A DNA stretch of 41,884 bases from a virus. The notes beneath the pieces were generated by a model that saw only the letters and a program-made list of their open reading frames with translations, was not told the DNA's origin and did not search any database. The DNA lies in the IMG/VR virus record IMGVR_UViG_3300045988_105328, positions 1 through 41,884 of that record. One strand, given 5' to 3'. Positions 1 to 9,144 of the stretch are shown here, one piece after another (position 1 is the stretch's first letter; each line of letters opens with the position of its first letter). A program made the position numbers and the translations under genes.

Positions 1-55
1 AAACACGCCTATAACGCGGCGTTTGAATGGTACTGCCTAAACCAGGCGGGGTATG
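1..55. repeat. Terminal direct repeat identical to 41830..41884, marking circular closure or assembly overlap
   Basis: nt 1-55 (aaacacgcctataacgcgg...ggggtatg) match the last 55 nt of the window base for base, giving a unit length of 41829 bp. Confidence 0.95.
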
Positions 56-1767
56 AGACCCCGCTGGAACAATGGCGCTGTACCATGGTCCATGGCCTAT
101 ACTGCGGCTATACCGCGGGTTTGGAGGCCACAGGGAAAGCGATGGGACTGCCGCAGGATAAGCGGAAGCTGACCACTGGGAAGGCTCTGATCCGATATTT
201 TTGCGTCCCCTGTACGCCGACGAAAAGTAACGGAGGCCGGACCTGGAACCTTCCACGGCACGCGCCGGAGAAATGGGAGCTGTTCAAGGAATACTGTGGA
301 CAAGACGTAGTGACAGAGCATGAGATCCTAAAGCGGCTGTCCGCATTCCCGGTACCGGAGGAAGAAGAGGACCAGTGGAGGTTGGACGTTCAAATGAACG
401 CCTATGGCGTCCGTGTAGATACCGATCTAATCGAAGGGGCGCTGGAGCTTGACGCCAGGAGCACTCTGGAGTTGACGGAGGAAGCTCAGAAGATCACTGG
501 ACTTTCGAATCCAAACAGCACCAGCCAGCTTTTGGACTGGCTGATGGAAAAAGGGACAGACCTGCCGAATCTGCAGAAGGCTACTGTGGCGGAAACATTA
601 ACGCAGACCGATCTCTCAGAAAGCGTCCGGCGGGTGCTGGAGATCCGGCAGCAGCTTGGAAAGACATCCGTCAAAAAATACACAGCTATGCAGACCGCAA
701 AGTGCGAGGATGATCGGGTCCGGGGACTGACTCAGTTCTACGGGGCCAACCGGACGGGGCGGTGGGCGGGACGGCTGGTGCAAATGCAGAACCTTCCAAG
801 GAATTACCTGAAAACCTTGGACAGCGCAAGAAAGATCGTAAAGAAGAAAAACTACACTGCCATAAAAACGCTGTATGGAAATGTACCGGACACGCTTTCC
901 CAGTTGATCAGGACCGCTTTCATCCCTTCCCAGGGGCATAAATTCGTGGTAGCGGATTTTTCTGCCATTGAAGCGCGGGTGATTGCCTGGCTGGCCGGAG
1001 AACAGTGGGTCAATGAAGTGTTCGCAACTCACGGTAAGATCTATGAGGCTACCGCCTCCCAGATGTTCCATGTACCGATCGAGAAGATCACAAAAGGGAA
1101 TCCGGAGTATGCACTGCGGCAGAAAGGAAAGGTTGCCACCCTTGCCCTGGGGTATCAGGGAGGGACTTCCGCACTGATCCAGATGGGGGCTCTAAGCATG
1201 GGGCTGTCCGAAGAGGAATTGCCCGATATTGTCCAGCGGTGGAGGAACGCGAATCCAAGGATCCGAGATCTATGGTATGCGGTAGAGGAGGCGGCCCTAC
1301 AAGTGATGTACACCGCTCAGCCTCAGGGGATTAACGGGCTGATCTTTCGATTGGAAGGGGATGTGATCTATGGGCAGTCGTTCCTGACGATCCAACTCCC
1401 CAGCGGCAGGAAGCTGTTTTATCCAAAGCCATTCTTGAGCGAGAATCAGTTTGGAAAACAGGCGATCCATTACTATACCGTTGGCCAGCAGACCCACAAA
1501 TGGGAGGTGACCTCCACCTACGGGGGGAAACTTACCGAGAACATTGTCCAGGCTATTGCGCGGGACTGTCTAGCAGAGACTCTGAGACGGATTTATGGTC
1601 TGGGATTACAGGTAGTATTTCACGTCCACGATGAAGTAATTGTGGACGCGCCTATGGACGTGAGCGTGGATCAGATCTGCCGGCTTATGGGGGAACCGAT
1701 TTCTTGGGCGCCAGGTCTGATTTTGAGAGGGGCTGGATTCGAAAATGATTATTATATGAAAGATTAG
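1..1767 (+). CDS. Family A (Pol I-like) DNA polymerase, C-terminal part; the gene starts at 41623 and continues across the circular junction
   Basis: Frame 1 is open from nt 1 (KHAYNAAFEWYC...), the same frame as at the window end. Pol A motifs are present: DFSAIEARVIAW (motif A), RQKGKVATLALGYQGG (motif B) and HVHDEVIVD (motif C). Confidence 0.93.
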   Translation, partial: KHAYNAAFEWYCLNQAGYETPLEQWRCTMVHGLYCGYTAGLEATGKAMGLPQDKRKLTTGKALIRYFCVPCTPTKSNGGRTWNLPRHAPEKWELFKEYCGQDVVTEHEILKRLSAFPVPEEEEDQWRLDVQMNAYGVRVDTDLIEGALELDARSTLELTEEAQKITGLSNPNSTSQLLDWLMEKGTDLPNLQKATVAETLTQTDLSESVRRVLEIRQQLGKTSVKKYTAMQTAKCEDDRVRGLTQFYGANRTGRWAGRLVQMQNLPRNYLKTLDSARKIVKKKNYTAIKTLYGNVPDTLSQLIRTAFIPSQGHKFVVADFSAIEARVIAWLAGEQWVNEVFATHGKIYEATASQMFHVPIEKITKGNPEYALRQKGKVATLALGYQGGTSALIQMGALSMGLSEEELPDIVQRWRNANPRIRDLWYAVEEAALQVMYTAQPQGINGLIFRLEGDVIYGQSFLTIQLPSGRKLFYPKPFLSENQFGKQAIHYYTVGQQTHKWEVTSTYGGKLTENIVQAIARDCLAETLRRIYGLGLQVVFHVHDEVIVDAPMDVSVDQICRLMGEPISWAPGLILRGAGFENDYYMKD

Positions 1768-1779
1768 GAGGACCAAGGT

Positions 1780-4185
1780 ATGCAGCATAATCGAAAATTG
1801 ATGATCAGTACGGCGGGAAGCCGGAAGTCCATCCAATGGCCGAAGAGCGAGATTCTGTGGTCCGATTTTGTGGAGCGGCTACGGACGCCAGTCCGAAGTA
1901 CGGAGACCCTAGAGGAATATCTGGCACTGCCCAAGAACCGACAGGCGGAACTTAAGGATGTGGGTGGTTTTGTGGGTGGCATATTCGAGCATGACCGCCG
2001 GAAGAGCGCTTACGTCCAAGGGAGGGATCTGCTGACCCTGGATCTGGATGATATCCCCGCTGGAAAAACAGAAGACCTTTTGAAACGTGTGGCCGGGCTA
2101 GGGTGCGCCGCAGCCGTCTACAGCACTCGGAAGCACACCGGATATGCGCCCAGGCTCCGGGTAATCGTTCCGCTAGATAAGACAGCCACCGCGGACGAAT
2201 ATGAACCGGCGGCACGGAAGCTGGCGTCTTTGATCGGGATGGAGTTCTGTGATCCTACCACTTTTGACGCCTGCCGGCTGATGTACTGGCCGAGTTGCTG
2301 CAGGGACGGAGAATATGTTTATGAGGCCTACGATAAGCCCTTCTGTAGTCTGGATGGCCTGCTGGCTATGTATGGGGACTGGAAGGACATCGCTGAATGG
2401 CCGCAGGTACCAGGGAGTGAAGCAATCCAGAAACGCCGGCTGGCCCGTCAGGAGAATCCCACAGAAAAGAAAGGGCTGATCGGAGCTTTCTGCAGGACCT
2501 ACAGTATTACCGCAGCCATGGAGCATTTTATCCCTGGGATGTATGAACCTACGGATATCCCTGGGAGATACACCTATACCGGAGGCACAACGACCGGAGG
2601 AGCCGTGATCTATGATGGGGATTTATTCCTATACTCCCACCATGCCACAGATCCCTGTTCCGGTCAATTGGTCAACGCATTTGATCTGGTCCGTCTACAT
2701 CTGTATGGAGACCAAGACCAGGAAGCGAAAGAGGATACCCCAACCAACCGTTTACCGTCTTTTGTGGCCATGTCTAAACTGGCAAATGCAGACCACGAGG
2801 TCTCAGGCCTACTAATCCGGGAACGGTACGAAGAGGCAAAAGCGATTTTCAGTACACAGACATCGGAGCCAGTGCTAAAAGAAGAAGTGGACTTGGAATG
2901 GATGCGCGGACTGACCAAAGATGGAAATGGGAGGATCGAGAAAACGATCAGCAACGTTACTCTTGCCCTGGAACATGATCCTTTGCTAAAAGGTCGTATC
3001 GTAACAGATGAGTTTGCCAGCCGGGGGATGGTGTTGGGTGCCCTGCCCTGGGATCGGAGAGAGGAAAAGAGGTTATGGACAGATGTGGACTATGCTGGGT
3101 TTTATCGCTATATGGAGACGCTCTATAGCATTACCGGGAGGGAAAAGCTGGACGCAGGACTATTGATCGTCAGCACCCAGAACAAGATCAACGAAGTAAA
3201 AGAGTACCTGACATCCTTAAAATGGGATGGCGTAAGCCGGATAGATACTCTGCTCGCAGAGTATCTGGGAGCTGAGGACAACGCATACTCCAGGGCAGTC
3301 ATGCGAAAATCTTTGTGCGCCGCTGTGGCCAGGGCGGTTGTGGGCGGGATAAAGTACGACTATATGCCAATCTTTGCCGGGCCTCAGGGGATCGGGAAGA
3401 GCACCTTCCTGGCCACGCTGGGAAAGGACTGGTTTTCAGATTCCTTGACGACTTTTGAAGGCAAGGAAGCGGCAGAATTGATCCAAGGAACATGGATTAA
3501 CGAGATCGGGGAACTGACGGCGATGACGAGACAGGAGACCAGCGCAGTAAAGCAGTTTTTAAGCAAGACACACGATATCTACCGGGCAGCCTACGGAAAG
3601 ACCACGAACAAATATCCCCGGCGCTGCGTTTTTTTTGGAACGTCCAATGACAGCGAGTTTCTGAAGGATACTACAGGAAACCGGCGCTTTTGGCCAGTGG
3701 ATGTGGGATTGCATAAGGCGAAAAAATCTATCTGGGAGGATCTCCCGGAGGAAGTGGATCAGATTTGGGCGGAGGCCTATTGTCGATGGGTGCTGGGAGA
3801 GCCGCTATACCTCTCAAAAGAGGTAGAAGCACTGGCAGAAGAACAGCAGGAAAATCACCGGGAAGCTTATGCCAAAGAAGGGGCGATCCGGGAATTTTTG
3901 GACCGGGAGATCCCACAGAACTGGGATTCCATGGGCCTTCTGGAGCGGCGGCAGTATTATAACGGGACGCTGCGTCTTCCGGAAGGAGTTGAACTAGTAC
4001 CCAGAGAAAAAGTCTGTGCAGTAGAGATCTGGCAGGAGTGTCTTGGTGGAGAATTAAAATATATGCAGCGGAGAGACAGTACGGAGATCAACAGTATTTT
4101 AGGAAGCCTGAAAGGGTGGAAAAGGAATAAAAATGCGAGGAGGTATGGGTTTTATGGCACGCAGAGAGGTTTTGAAAGGGTGTAA
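1780..4185 (+). CDS. Primase-helicase: N-terminal AEP/prim-pol-like region fused to a VirE/P4-type NTPase
   Basis: 801 aa with RBS aggagg upstream. The N-terminal region has the acidic motif LLTLDLDD (DxD-like). Walker A GPQGIGKST and a following hydrophobic-acidic block (WINEIGEL) are typical of VirE/D5-class phage helicases. It lies directly after the polymerase gene. Confidence 0.8.
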   Translation: MQHNRKLMISTAGSRKSIQWPKSEILWSDFVERLRTPVRSTETLEEYLALPKNRQAELKDVGGFVGGIFEHDRRKSAYVQGRDLLTLDLDDIPAGKTEDLLKRVAGLGCAAAVYSTRKHTGYAPRLRVIVPLDKTATADEYEPAARKLASLIGMEFCDPTTFDACRLMYWPSCCRDGEYVYEAYDKPFCSLDGLLAMYGDWKDIAEWPQVPGSEAIQKRRLARQENPTEKKGLIGAFCRTYSITAAMEHFIPGMYEPTDIPGRYTYTGGTTTGGAVIYDGDLFLYSHHATDPCSGQLVNAFDLVRLHLYGDQDQEAKEDTPTNRLPSFVAMSKLANADHEVSGLLIRERYEEAKAIFSTQTSEPVLKEEVDLEWMRGLTKDGNGRIEKTISNVTLALEHDPLLKGRIVTDEFASRGMVLGALPWDRREEKRLWTDVDYAGFYRYMETLYSITGREKLDAGLLIVSTQNKINEVKEYLTSLKWDGVSRIDTLLAEYLGAEDNAYSRAVMRKSLCAAVARAVVGGIKYDYMPIFAGPQGIGKSTFLATLGKDWFSDSLTTFEGKEAAELIQGTWINEIGELTAMTRQETSAVKQFLSKTHDIYRAAYGKTTNKYPRRCVFFGTSNDSEFLKDTTGNRRFWPVDVGLHKAKKSIWEDLPEEVDQIWAEAYCRWVLGEPLYLSKEVEALAEEQQENHREAYAKEGAIREFLDREIPQNWDSMGLLERRQYYNGTLRLPEGVELVPREKVCAVEIWQECLGGELKYMQRRDSTEINSILGSLKGWKRNKNARRYGFYGTQRGFERV

Positions 4186-4331
4186 ACAAAGCACGTAAAC
4201 AATCCGCCGAAAACGTGAACAAAGGGTAAAAATCGGTTTTGTTTACGTTTACACAAATGTTTACAGGCTATGTTTACGCTTGGAACCTTGAAAATAAAGG
4301 CATTATTATCATACGTAAACAATGTAAACAA
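4182..4331. repeat. Iteron array: 8 perfect GTAAAC hexamers plus 1 variant, in both orientations (putative replication origin or replication-protein binding region)
   Basis: Forward GTAAACAA at 4182, 4195, 4315 and 4324, with variant GTGAACAA at 4215. Reverse GTTTAC at 4241, 4247, 4259 and 4272. An AT-rich spacer lies at 4285-4312. Confidence 0.7.
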
Positions 4332-4373
4332 ACTTTATATATAAAGGTAAAAATAAATAAATAGGGGTATATA

Positions 4374-4419
4374 TATACGCCCTATACGCCCTATACGCAG
4401 GTATATATACGCGCGCGCG
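4374..4419. repeat. TATACGC short tandem repeats followed by an alternating (CG)n tract
   Basis: TATACGC occurs at 4374, 4383 and 4392 (9-bp register) and at 4406, followed by cgcgcgcgcg at 4410-4419. The tract is flanked by alternating TA runs. Confidence 0.8.
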
Positions 4420-4452
4420 AGGATGTTTGCGGAGCAGGAAGGAGGTATAGTT

Positions 4453-4740
4453 GTGCGAGAAAAAGAAATCGAGAGGATATTGGTGAATTGGGTGAAAATG
4501 AAAGGGGGAAGAGCCTATAAGTGGGTGAGTCCGGGGAATGCTGGAGTACCGGATCGGATTGTGATCTTCCCGGATCAGGCTCCTGTTTTTGTAGAACTGA
4601 AATCTGAGACCGGAAAACTAACGGAGCTGCAGAAGGTACAGATCCAACGTTTGCGAGATTTAGGGCAGGAAGTGATGGTCTTGCGAGGACAGGATGATGT
4701 GTGGGAATTCCTGGAAAGGTGTGGACATTATGGAGTTTAA
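4453..4740 (+). CDS. VRR-NUC domain nuclease (PD-(D/E)xK superfamily)
   Basis: GVPDRIVIF...VFVELKSETGKLTELQKVQI matches the VRR-NUC pattern (G-PD ... E-K ... Q). The GTG start at 4453 is preceded by ggaggtatagtt. The gene is paired with the SNF2 helicase, as is typical in phage replication modules. Confidence 0.8.
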   Translation: MREKEIERILVNWVKMKGGRAYKWVSPGNAGVPDRIVIFPDQAPVFVELKSETGKLTELQKVQIQRLRDLGQEVMVLRGQDDVWEFLERCGHYGV

Positions 4741-6115
4741 GCCGCACGCCTATCAGGAGCATTGTATCCAAAAGATTCTGGAGATTCCAAAGCTAGGGTT
4801 GTTTTTGGATATGGGACTAGGAAAGACAGTCACCACCCTGACCGCAGTGAAGGAACTGAAATATAACCGGTTTGCCGTCCGCAAGATACTGGTGATCGCC
4901 CCGAAAAAGGTAGCGGAAGGAACCTGGAGCCGTGAGAAAGACAAGTGGGAGCATACAAAGATGCTACGGATCTCCAGGGTCTTGGGTAGTCAGACCAAAC
5001 GAATCCGAGCACTGAATACGCCGGCAGATTTATACATCATCAACCGAGAAAATGTGGTGTGGCTGGTAGATTATTACCGGAATGACTGGCCGTTTGATAT
5101 GGTGATTGTTGATGAATCATCGTCATTCAAAAGCCACAAAGCAAAACGGTTCAAGGCCTTAGCAAGTATGGGACCTCATATCCTCCGGATGGTGGAGCTG
5201 ACCGGAACCCCATCCCCCAACGGCCTGGAGGATCTGTGGGCGCAGATTTATCTCCTAGACGGAGGTGAACGCTTGGGAAAGCGATATACTCAGTTCCGGG
5301 AGAGGTATTTCCAACCTGATAGAAAGGGGCCAAATGGTATGGTCTACAGCTACGAGGCTAAGCCAGGAACTGAAGGAAGCATCTTGGAGAAGATTTCTGA
5401 TATCTGTGTTTCTATGAAGGCGGAGGATTATCTACAGTTACCGGATATCAGCTATCACGAGATACCGGTTGAGCTGGATGAACAGGCAAGGAAGGCCTAT
5501 TTGGAGCTAGAACGAAAGATGGTATTGGAGCTTCCGGAGGACGAGGAAGAAATCAGCGTTACCAGCGCTGCGGCTTTGAGCAATAAACTCTTACAGCTTG
5601 GCAACGGTGCAATCTATGACGATGATCGGCAATATCACGAGGTCCATAACTGCAAGATCGAGGCTTTTTTGGAACTGATCGAATCCCTTCAGGGGAAACC
5701 GGCCCTGGTGTTCTATAATTTTCAGCACGATCGGGTCCGGATTTTGAAAGCCTTGGAGAAGATGCATCTGCGGGTGCGCGAGCTAAAAACGACTACGGAT
5801 GAAGATGATTGGAACGCCGGAAAAGTTGATATCCTTTTGACCCATCCAGCCAGCAGCGCCTACGGGCTGAACTTACAGCAGGGAGGAAACCATGTGATCT
5901 GGTTTGGATTGACCTGGAACTACGAGCTGTATACGCAAGCAAACAAGCGTCTGCACCGGCAGGGTCAACAGGGGAAGGTGATTGTCCATCACCTGATCTG
6001 CAGTGGGACAAGGGATGAAGATGTGATGGAAGCATTACACCGGAAGGATGATATCCAAGGATGGGTGATGGAGAGCTTGAAAGCGAGGATCCGAGCGATC
6101 CGCGAGAAACGATAA
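4730..6115 (+). CDS. SNF2/RAD54-family helicase
   Basis: Motif I LDMGLGKT, motif II IVDESSSFK, motif III LTGTPSPN, and C-terminal helicase motifs GLNLQ and QANKRLHRQGQ. The ATG at 4730 (MEFKPHAYQ) overlaps the VRR-NUC stop. Confidence 0.9.
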   Translation: MEFKPHAYQEHCIQKILEIPKLGLFLDMGLGKTVTTLTAVKELKYNRFAVRKILVIAPKKVAEGTWSREKDKWEHTKMLRISRVLGSQTKRIRALNTPADLYIINRENVVWLVDYYRNDWPFDMVIVDESSSFKSHKAKRFKALASMGPHILRMVELTGTPSPNGLEDLWAQIYLLDGGERLGKRYTQFRERYFQPDRKGPNGMVYSYEAKPGTEGSILEKISDICVSMKAEDYLQLPDISYHEIPVELDEQARKAYLELERKMVLELPEDEEEISVTSAAALSNKLLQLGNGAIYDDDRQYHEVHNCKIEAFLELIESLQGKPALVFYNFQHDRVRILKALEKMHLRVRELKTTTDEDDWNAGKVDILLTHPASSAYGLNLQQGGNHVIWFGLTWNYELYTQANKRLHRQGQQGKVIVHHLICSGTRDEDVMEALHRKDDIQGWVMESLKARIRAIREKR

Positions 6116-6137
6116 ATTAAGATTTAAGGAGAAAAAC

Positions 6138-7499
6138 ATGAATGACCTTATTATAGACTGCTTCGCCGGAGGCGGAGGGGCAAGTGTAGGAATAGAGATG
6201 GCGCTGGGACGCCCAGTAGATATAGCGATTAACCACGATCAAGACGCAATTTTGATGCATAAAACCAATCATCCTAACACGCTGCATCTGACGGAGGACA
6301 TCTTCCAGGTGGATTTGAAGAAGTATGTCAAATGTCAGCATGTGGCGCTGATGTGGGCGTCGCCGGACTGCACCAGTCACAGCAAAGCGAAAGGAGGGAA
6401 GCCGCGGGAAAGAGGGCTCAGAATCCTACCGTGGGCGGTGTACAAACATGCGAAGGCTATCTTACCGGATGTAATCCTGATGGAGAATGTGGAAGAAATA
6501 CAACAGTGGGGGCCGCTTGACAGCAATGGTCATCCGATCAAAGAACGTCGTGGAGAGGATTACCAGAAGTTCATAACAGCAATGAAAAGCCTCGGATATA
6601 TATTTGACAGCCAGGAACTTGTGGCGGCGGACTACGGAGCACCAACAACGCGAAAACGCTGGTATGCGATATTCCGCCGCGATGGACGGGAGATCGTCTG
6701 GCCGGTACAGACACATTTTAAGGATCGGGAGCCGAGATGGAAATCCTGTGGAGATTACATAGATTGGTCTGATTTTGGGAAATCCATATTTGGACGAAAA
6801 AAACCACTGGCGGACGCAACTATGAAGCGGATCGCGAACGGAATCAGGAAATACATCATTGATAATCCAGATCCGTATATCGTGAGAAATAGAGAGGCGG
6901 TTGCATTCCTGATCCAGTATCACGGAGAAACGAAGGCAGGAGATTCCCGGGGACAGTTCCTGACAGATCCGATCAAGACGATAGATACCAGTAACCGGTA
7001 CGGGCTTGTGACCGCGTTCGTGACGAAGTTCTACAAGAGTAGCATCGGGCAGGGATGCGACGAACCGCTGCATACAATAACAACCTCGCCGGGACACTTT
7101 GGATTGATATCCGCATTCCTGATCAAGTATTACGAATCGGGCAGCGGACAAGAGCTGATGAAGCCACTTGCAACGATTACTACAAAGGACCGTTTTGAAC
7201 TGGTTAATATGGTGATTGATATTGGCGGCGGAAAATATATTCTGAGAGACGTTTTTCTGAGGATGCTGAAGTCGGAAGAGTTAAAACTGATGCAGGGATT
7301 TCCAAAGGATTACATCATAGAGCGGGATTACCGTTGGAAGCCATATCCAATCGCAAAGCAGGTGGCACGAATCGGGAACAGCGTGGTGCCGATTATGGCG
7401 CAGAAACTTGTTGAAGCGAACTGTCCGTATCTGAAAGTCGGTGAACGGTCACCAAGTTTGAGAATTGACCAAAGCGGTGAGCAATTAAAATTTGCATAA
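6138..7499 (+). CDS. DNA (cytosine-5) methyltransferase
   Basis: Motif I DCFAGGGGAS, catalytic SPDCTSHS (PC-type motif IV), motif VI LMENVEE, QGFPKDY, and motif X RIGNSVVP. Confidence 0.9.
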   Translation: MNDLIIDCFAGGGGASVGIEMALGRPVDIAINHDQDAILMHKTNHPNTLHLTEDIFQVDLKKYVKCQHVALMWASPDCTSHSKAKGGKPRERGLRILPWAVYKHAKAILPDVILMENVEEIQQWGPLDSNGHPIKERRGEDYQKFITAMKSLGYIFDSQELVAADYGAPTTRKRWYAIFRRDGREIVWPVQTHFKDREPRWKSCGDYIDWSDFGKSIFGRKKPLADATMKRIANGIRKYIIDNPDPYIVRNREAVAFLIQYHGETKAGDSRGQFLTDPIKTIDTSNRYGLVTAFVTKFYKSSIGQGCDEPLHTITTSPGHFGLISAFLIKYYESGSGQELMKPLATITTKDRFELVNMVIDIGGGKYILRDVFLRMLKSEELKLMQGFPKDYIIERDYRWKPYPIAKQVARIGNSVVPIMAQKLVEANCPYLKVGERSPSLRIDQSGEQLKFA

Positions 7500-7536
7500 T
7501 TAAACTGATTAGGATTTAACGGAGGTGTGAAGGGGA

Positions 7537-7737
7537 ATGAGCGAAATTAAATTAAAGCCGTGTCCTTTCTGCGGAGGGACAGCAACCTTTAAGCGTGACA
7601 GAATCGCAGGCATATACTGCGTAAAATGTACAAATTGCAAATGCATGACGACTTTTCAGTTTGATTTTGGAGAGGGCGAAGAAGTAAGTAAGAAGAAGGC
7701 GGCGGATGTATGGAACAGGAGGGACGGGAATGAGTGA
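7537..7737 (+). CDS. Lar-family restriction-alleviation-like zinc-ribbon protein
   Basis: KPCPFCGG ... CxxC ... AADVWNRR is the Lar-family signature as I remember it. It lies immediately downstream of the methyltransferase. Confidence 0.7.
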   Translation: MSEIKLKPCPFCGGTATFKRDRIAGIYCVKCTNCKCMTTFQFDFGEGEEVSKKKAADVWNRRDGNE

Positions 7738-7993
7738 TGATTTAATCAGCAGAAAATATCTTTTAGAATGTGCAGAATATGACAATAACGGGAGACTGAT
7801 TATTCCGTATAGATATGTTAAAAATGCGCCGACAGCCTTTGACAAGGAAAAGATGATTGAAGAAATTAAAGAAAAATACGGGCAATCTGCACATTGGGAA
7901 ACGATTAATGGGATTTGTGAGATTATTGAAAAAGGCGGGTTAACTGATAGAGGAGGAATGTATCGTGCTTACGGTAGGAGAATGGGTGGATAA
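7730..7993 (+). CDS. Hypothetical early protein
   Basis: ATG at 7730 (MSDDLISRKYLL) overlaps the previous stop. No motif recognised. Confidence 0.5.
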   Translation: MSDDLISRKYLLECAEYDNNGRLIIPYRYVKNAPTAFDKEKMIEEIKEKYGQSAHWETINGICEIIEKGGLTDRGGMYRAYGRRMGG

Positions 7994-8147
7994 GGTTCAT
8001 GAGATTACAGATACACTTGAACATAAAGCTACGGAAAACTGTGATGAATATATCAGAAAGGCGCAGTCATATCGGGATGGATACATCCAAGCGTGTGAAG
8101 ATTTTGGGCGTGAGATGAGGCGTGCCATAAGCCGAGAGCAAGGCTAA
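7965..8147 (+). CDS. Hypothetical early protein
   Basis: 60-codon ORF with a non-ATG start after aggagga. No motif recognised. Confidence 0.4.
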   Translation: MLTVGEWVDKVHEITDTLEHKATENCDEYIRKAQSYRDGYIQACEDFGREMRRAISREQG

Positions 8148-8183
8148 ACTGATATTTACAGAACAAACGAAGGAGGTATAGCT

Positions 8184-8435
8184 GTGAGAAAACATGCAGT
8201 AAAAATAGACCAGCAGGCCCACATGGACGAGCTGGAAAGAAAAGGGCCAGACAAAAAAGCAACAGAGCGTTTCCAACGGCCGGCTTACCAGGCAGCTAGG
8301 CTGATCCAGATCCAGGGAAGACAGATGGAACATAAGTCTGTAGCAGAGTACATGGCAGAGAAGCTTGGAGTAGGGGATGGCGGAGAGAATGATAAATCTT
8401 CTGAAATTTCTGATATTGATATTCTGGATTCTTGA
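8184..8435 (+). CDS. Hypothetical early protein
   Basis: GTG start 8 nt after aaggagg. 83 aa, charged. No motif recognised. Confidence 0.5.
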   Translation: MRKHAVKIDQQAHMDELERKGPDKKATERFQRPAYQAARLIQIQGRQMEHKSVAEYMAEKLGVGDGGENDKSSEISDIDILDS

Positions 8436-8553
8436 TATCACAAATATGCCCTTTATGGAGATGTTCGATACTGCATACCCGATGAATGGTCTATTTTGGT
8501 GGTTGATATGGATTTTTTTTTGGGTTTTAGAATTCAAGTGGAGAGTGATGACG

Positions 8554-9024
8554 ATGGATAATTTTGAAGAGAAGACAATGAATGAGAATGACAAGAAAAA
8601 GGAATACCTGCGGAGTTATCGGCAGCATGTGCGCAGAATCCGCCGGATCAATGCGGAGATAGCTGAGCTGAGATCGATGAAACTGTATCCGGCATTGAAA
8701 CCGGATGATGGGATGCCGCACGGTAGTGGCGGTCAGGGGGATCTGTCCGGGTACGCCGCTGAATTGGACGAGATGATCCAGGAGCTGATCCACGAACGCT
8801 ATCTCAGGATCAAGACATATCAGGCAATTGCACGGCAGATTAAGCACATGAAGAGCCGGAATGAGTCGGACGTTTTGTTCTATCGGTATATAAGTGGGCT
8901 TGGCTGGTGGGAGATTGCGGAAAAGATGGGATATTCACAGAGACATATCACAAGGATTCACGGGAAAGCATTGGCCCATTTTGAACTTCCGAAAGATGTC
9001 CTAGAATGTCCTATTGAATCGTGA
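8554..9024 (+). CDS. Sigma-70 region-4-like HTH protein, probable late-gene activator (DUF1492/ArpU/RinA-type position)
   Basis: The C-terminal sequence FYRYISGLGWWEIAEKMGYSQRHITRIHGKAL looks like a sigma r4 HTH. It is the last conserved gene before terS. ATG 8554 follows ggagag by 8 nt; the start is uncertain because the ORF is open from 8377. Confidence 0.6.
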   Translation: MDNFEEKTMNENDKKKEYLRSYRQHVRRIRRINAEIAELRSMKLYPALKPDDGMPHGSGGQGDLSGYAAELDEMIQELIHERYLRIKTYQAIARQIKHMKSRNESDVLFYRYISGLGWWEIAEKMGYSQRHITRIHGKALAHFELPKDVLECPIES

Positions 9025-9040
9025 TAATATGGTATCATCA

Positions 9041-9120
9041 AGAAGAGGAAATAAAAAACCTCTTCTCCACGAGCCAGATGGCTCGAAGAAAAGTGGATGA
9101 CAGATGGTTTCTCACTTTTC
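9041..9120 (+). other. Three consecutive perfect hairpins without U-tracts
   Basis: agaagagg/cctcttct (9041-9066), cgagcc/ggctcg (9070-9085) and gaaaagtg/cacttttc (9088-9120). Confidence 0.6.
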
Positions 9121-9144
9121 CCTCTCAACCTTACATAAAACCTG

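Noticed and set aside
4374-4419. Short tandem repeats (TATACGCCC units), considered as a possible CRISPR array or minisatellite
   Set aside because: The units are 9 bp with no spacers, there are only 3-4 copies, and no cas genes are present. They are better interpreted as part of the ori or regulatory region.
4694-4729. Upstream start (4694) for the SNF2 helicase, and the 4423 start for VRR-NUC
   Set aside because: Both would create long overlaps with no RBS. ATG 4730 (MEFKPHAYQ) and GTG 4453 (after ggagg) give conventional spacing and domain boundaries.
8377-8553. Hydrophobic N-terminal extension of the late-activator ORF (MAERMINLLKFLILIFWILD...), which would make it a membrane-anchored regulator
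   Set aside because: It overlaps the end of the 8184-8435 ORF and has no RBS at 8377. The region is AT-rich with a T9 run, so the hydrophobic translation is expected by composition. A good ggagag RBS precedes ATG 8554. I kept only the start uncertainty.
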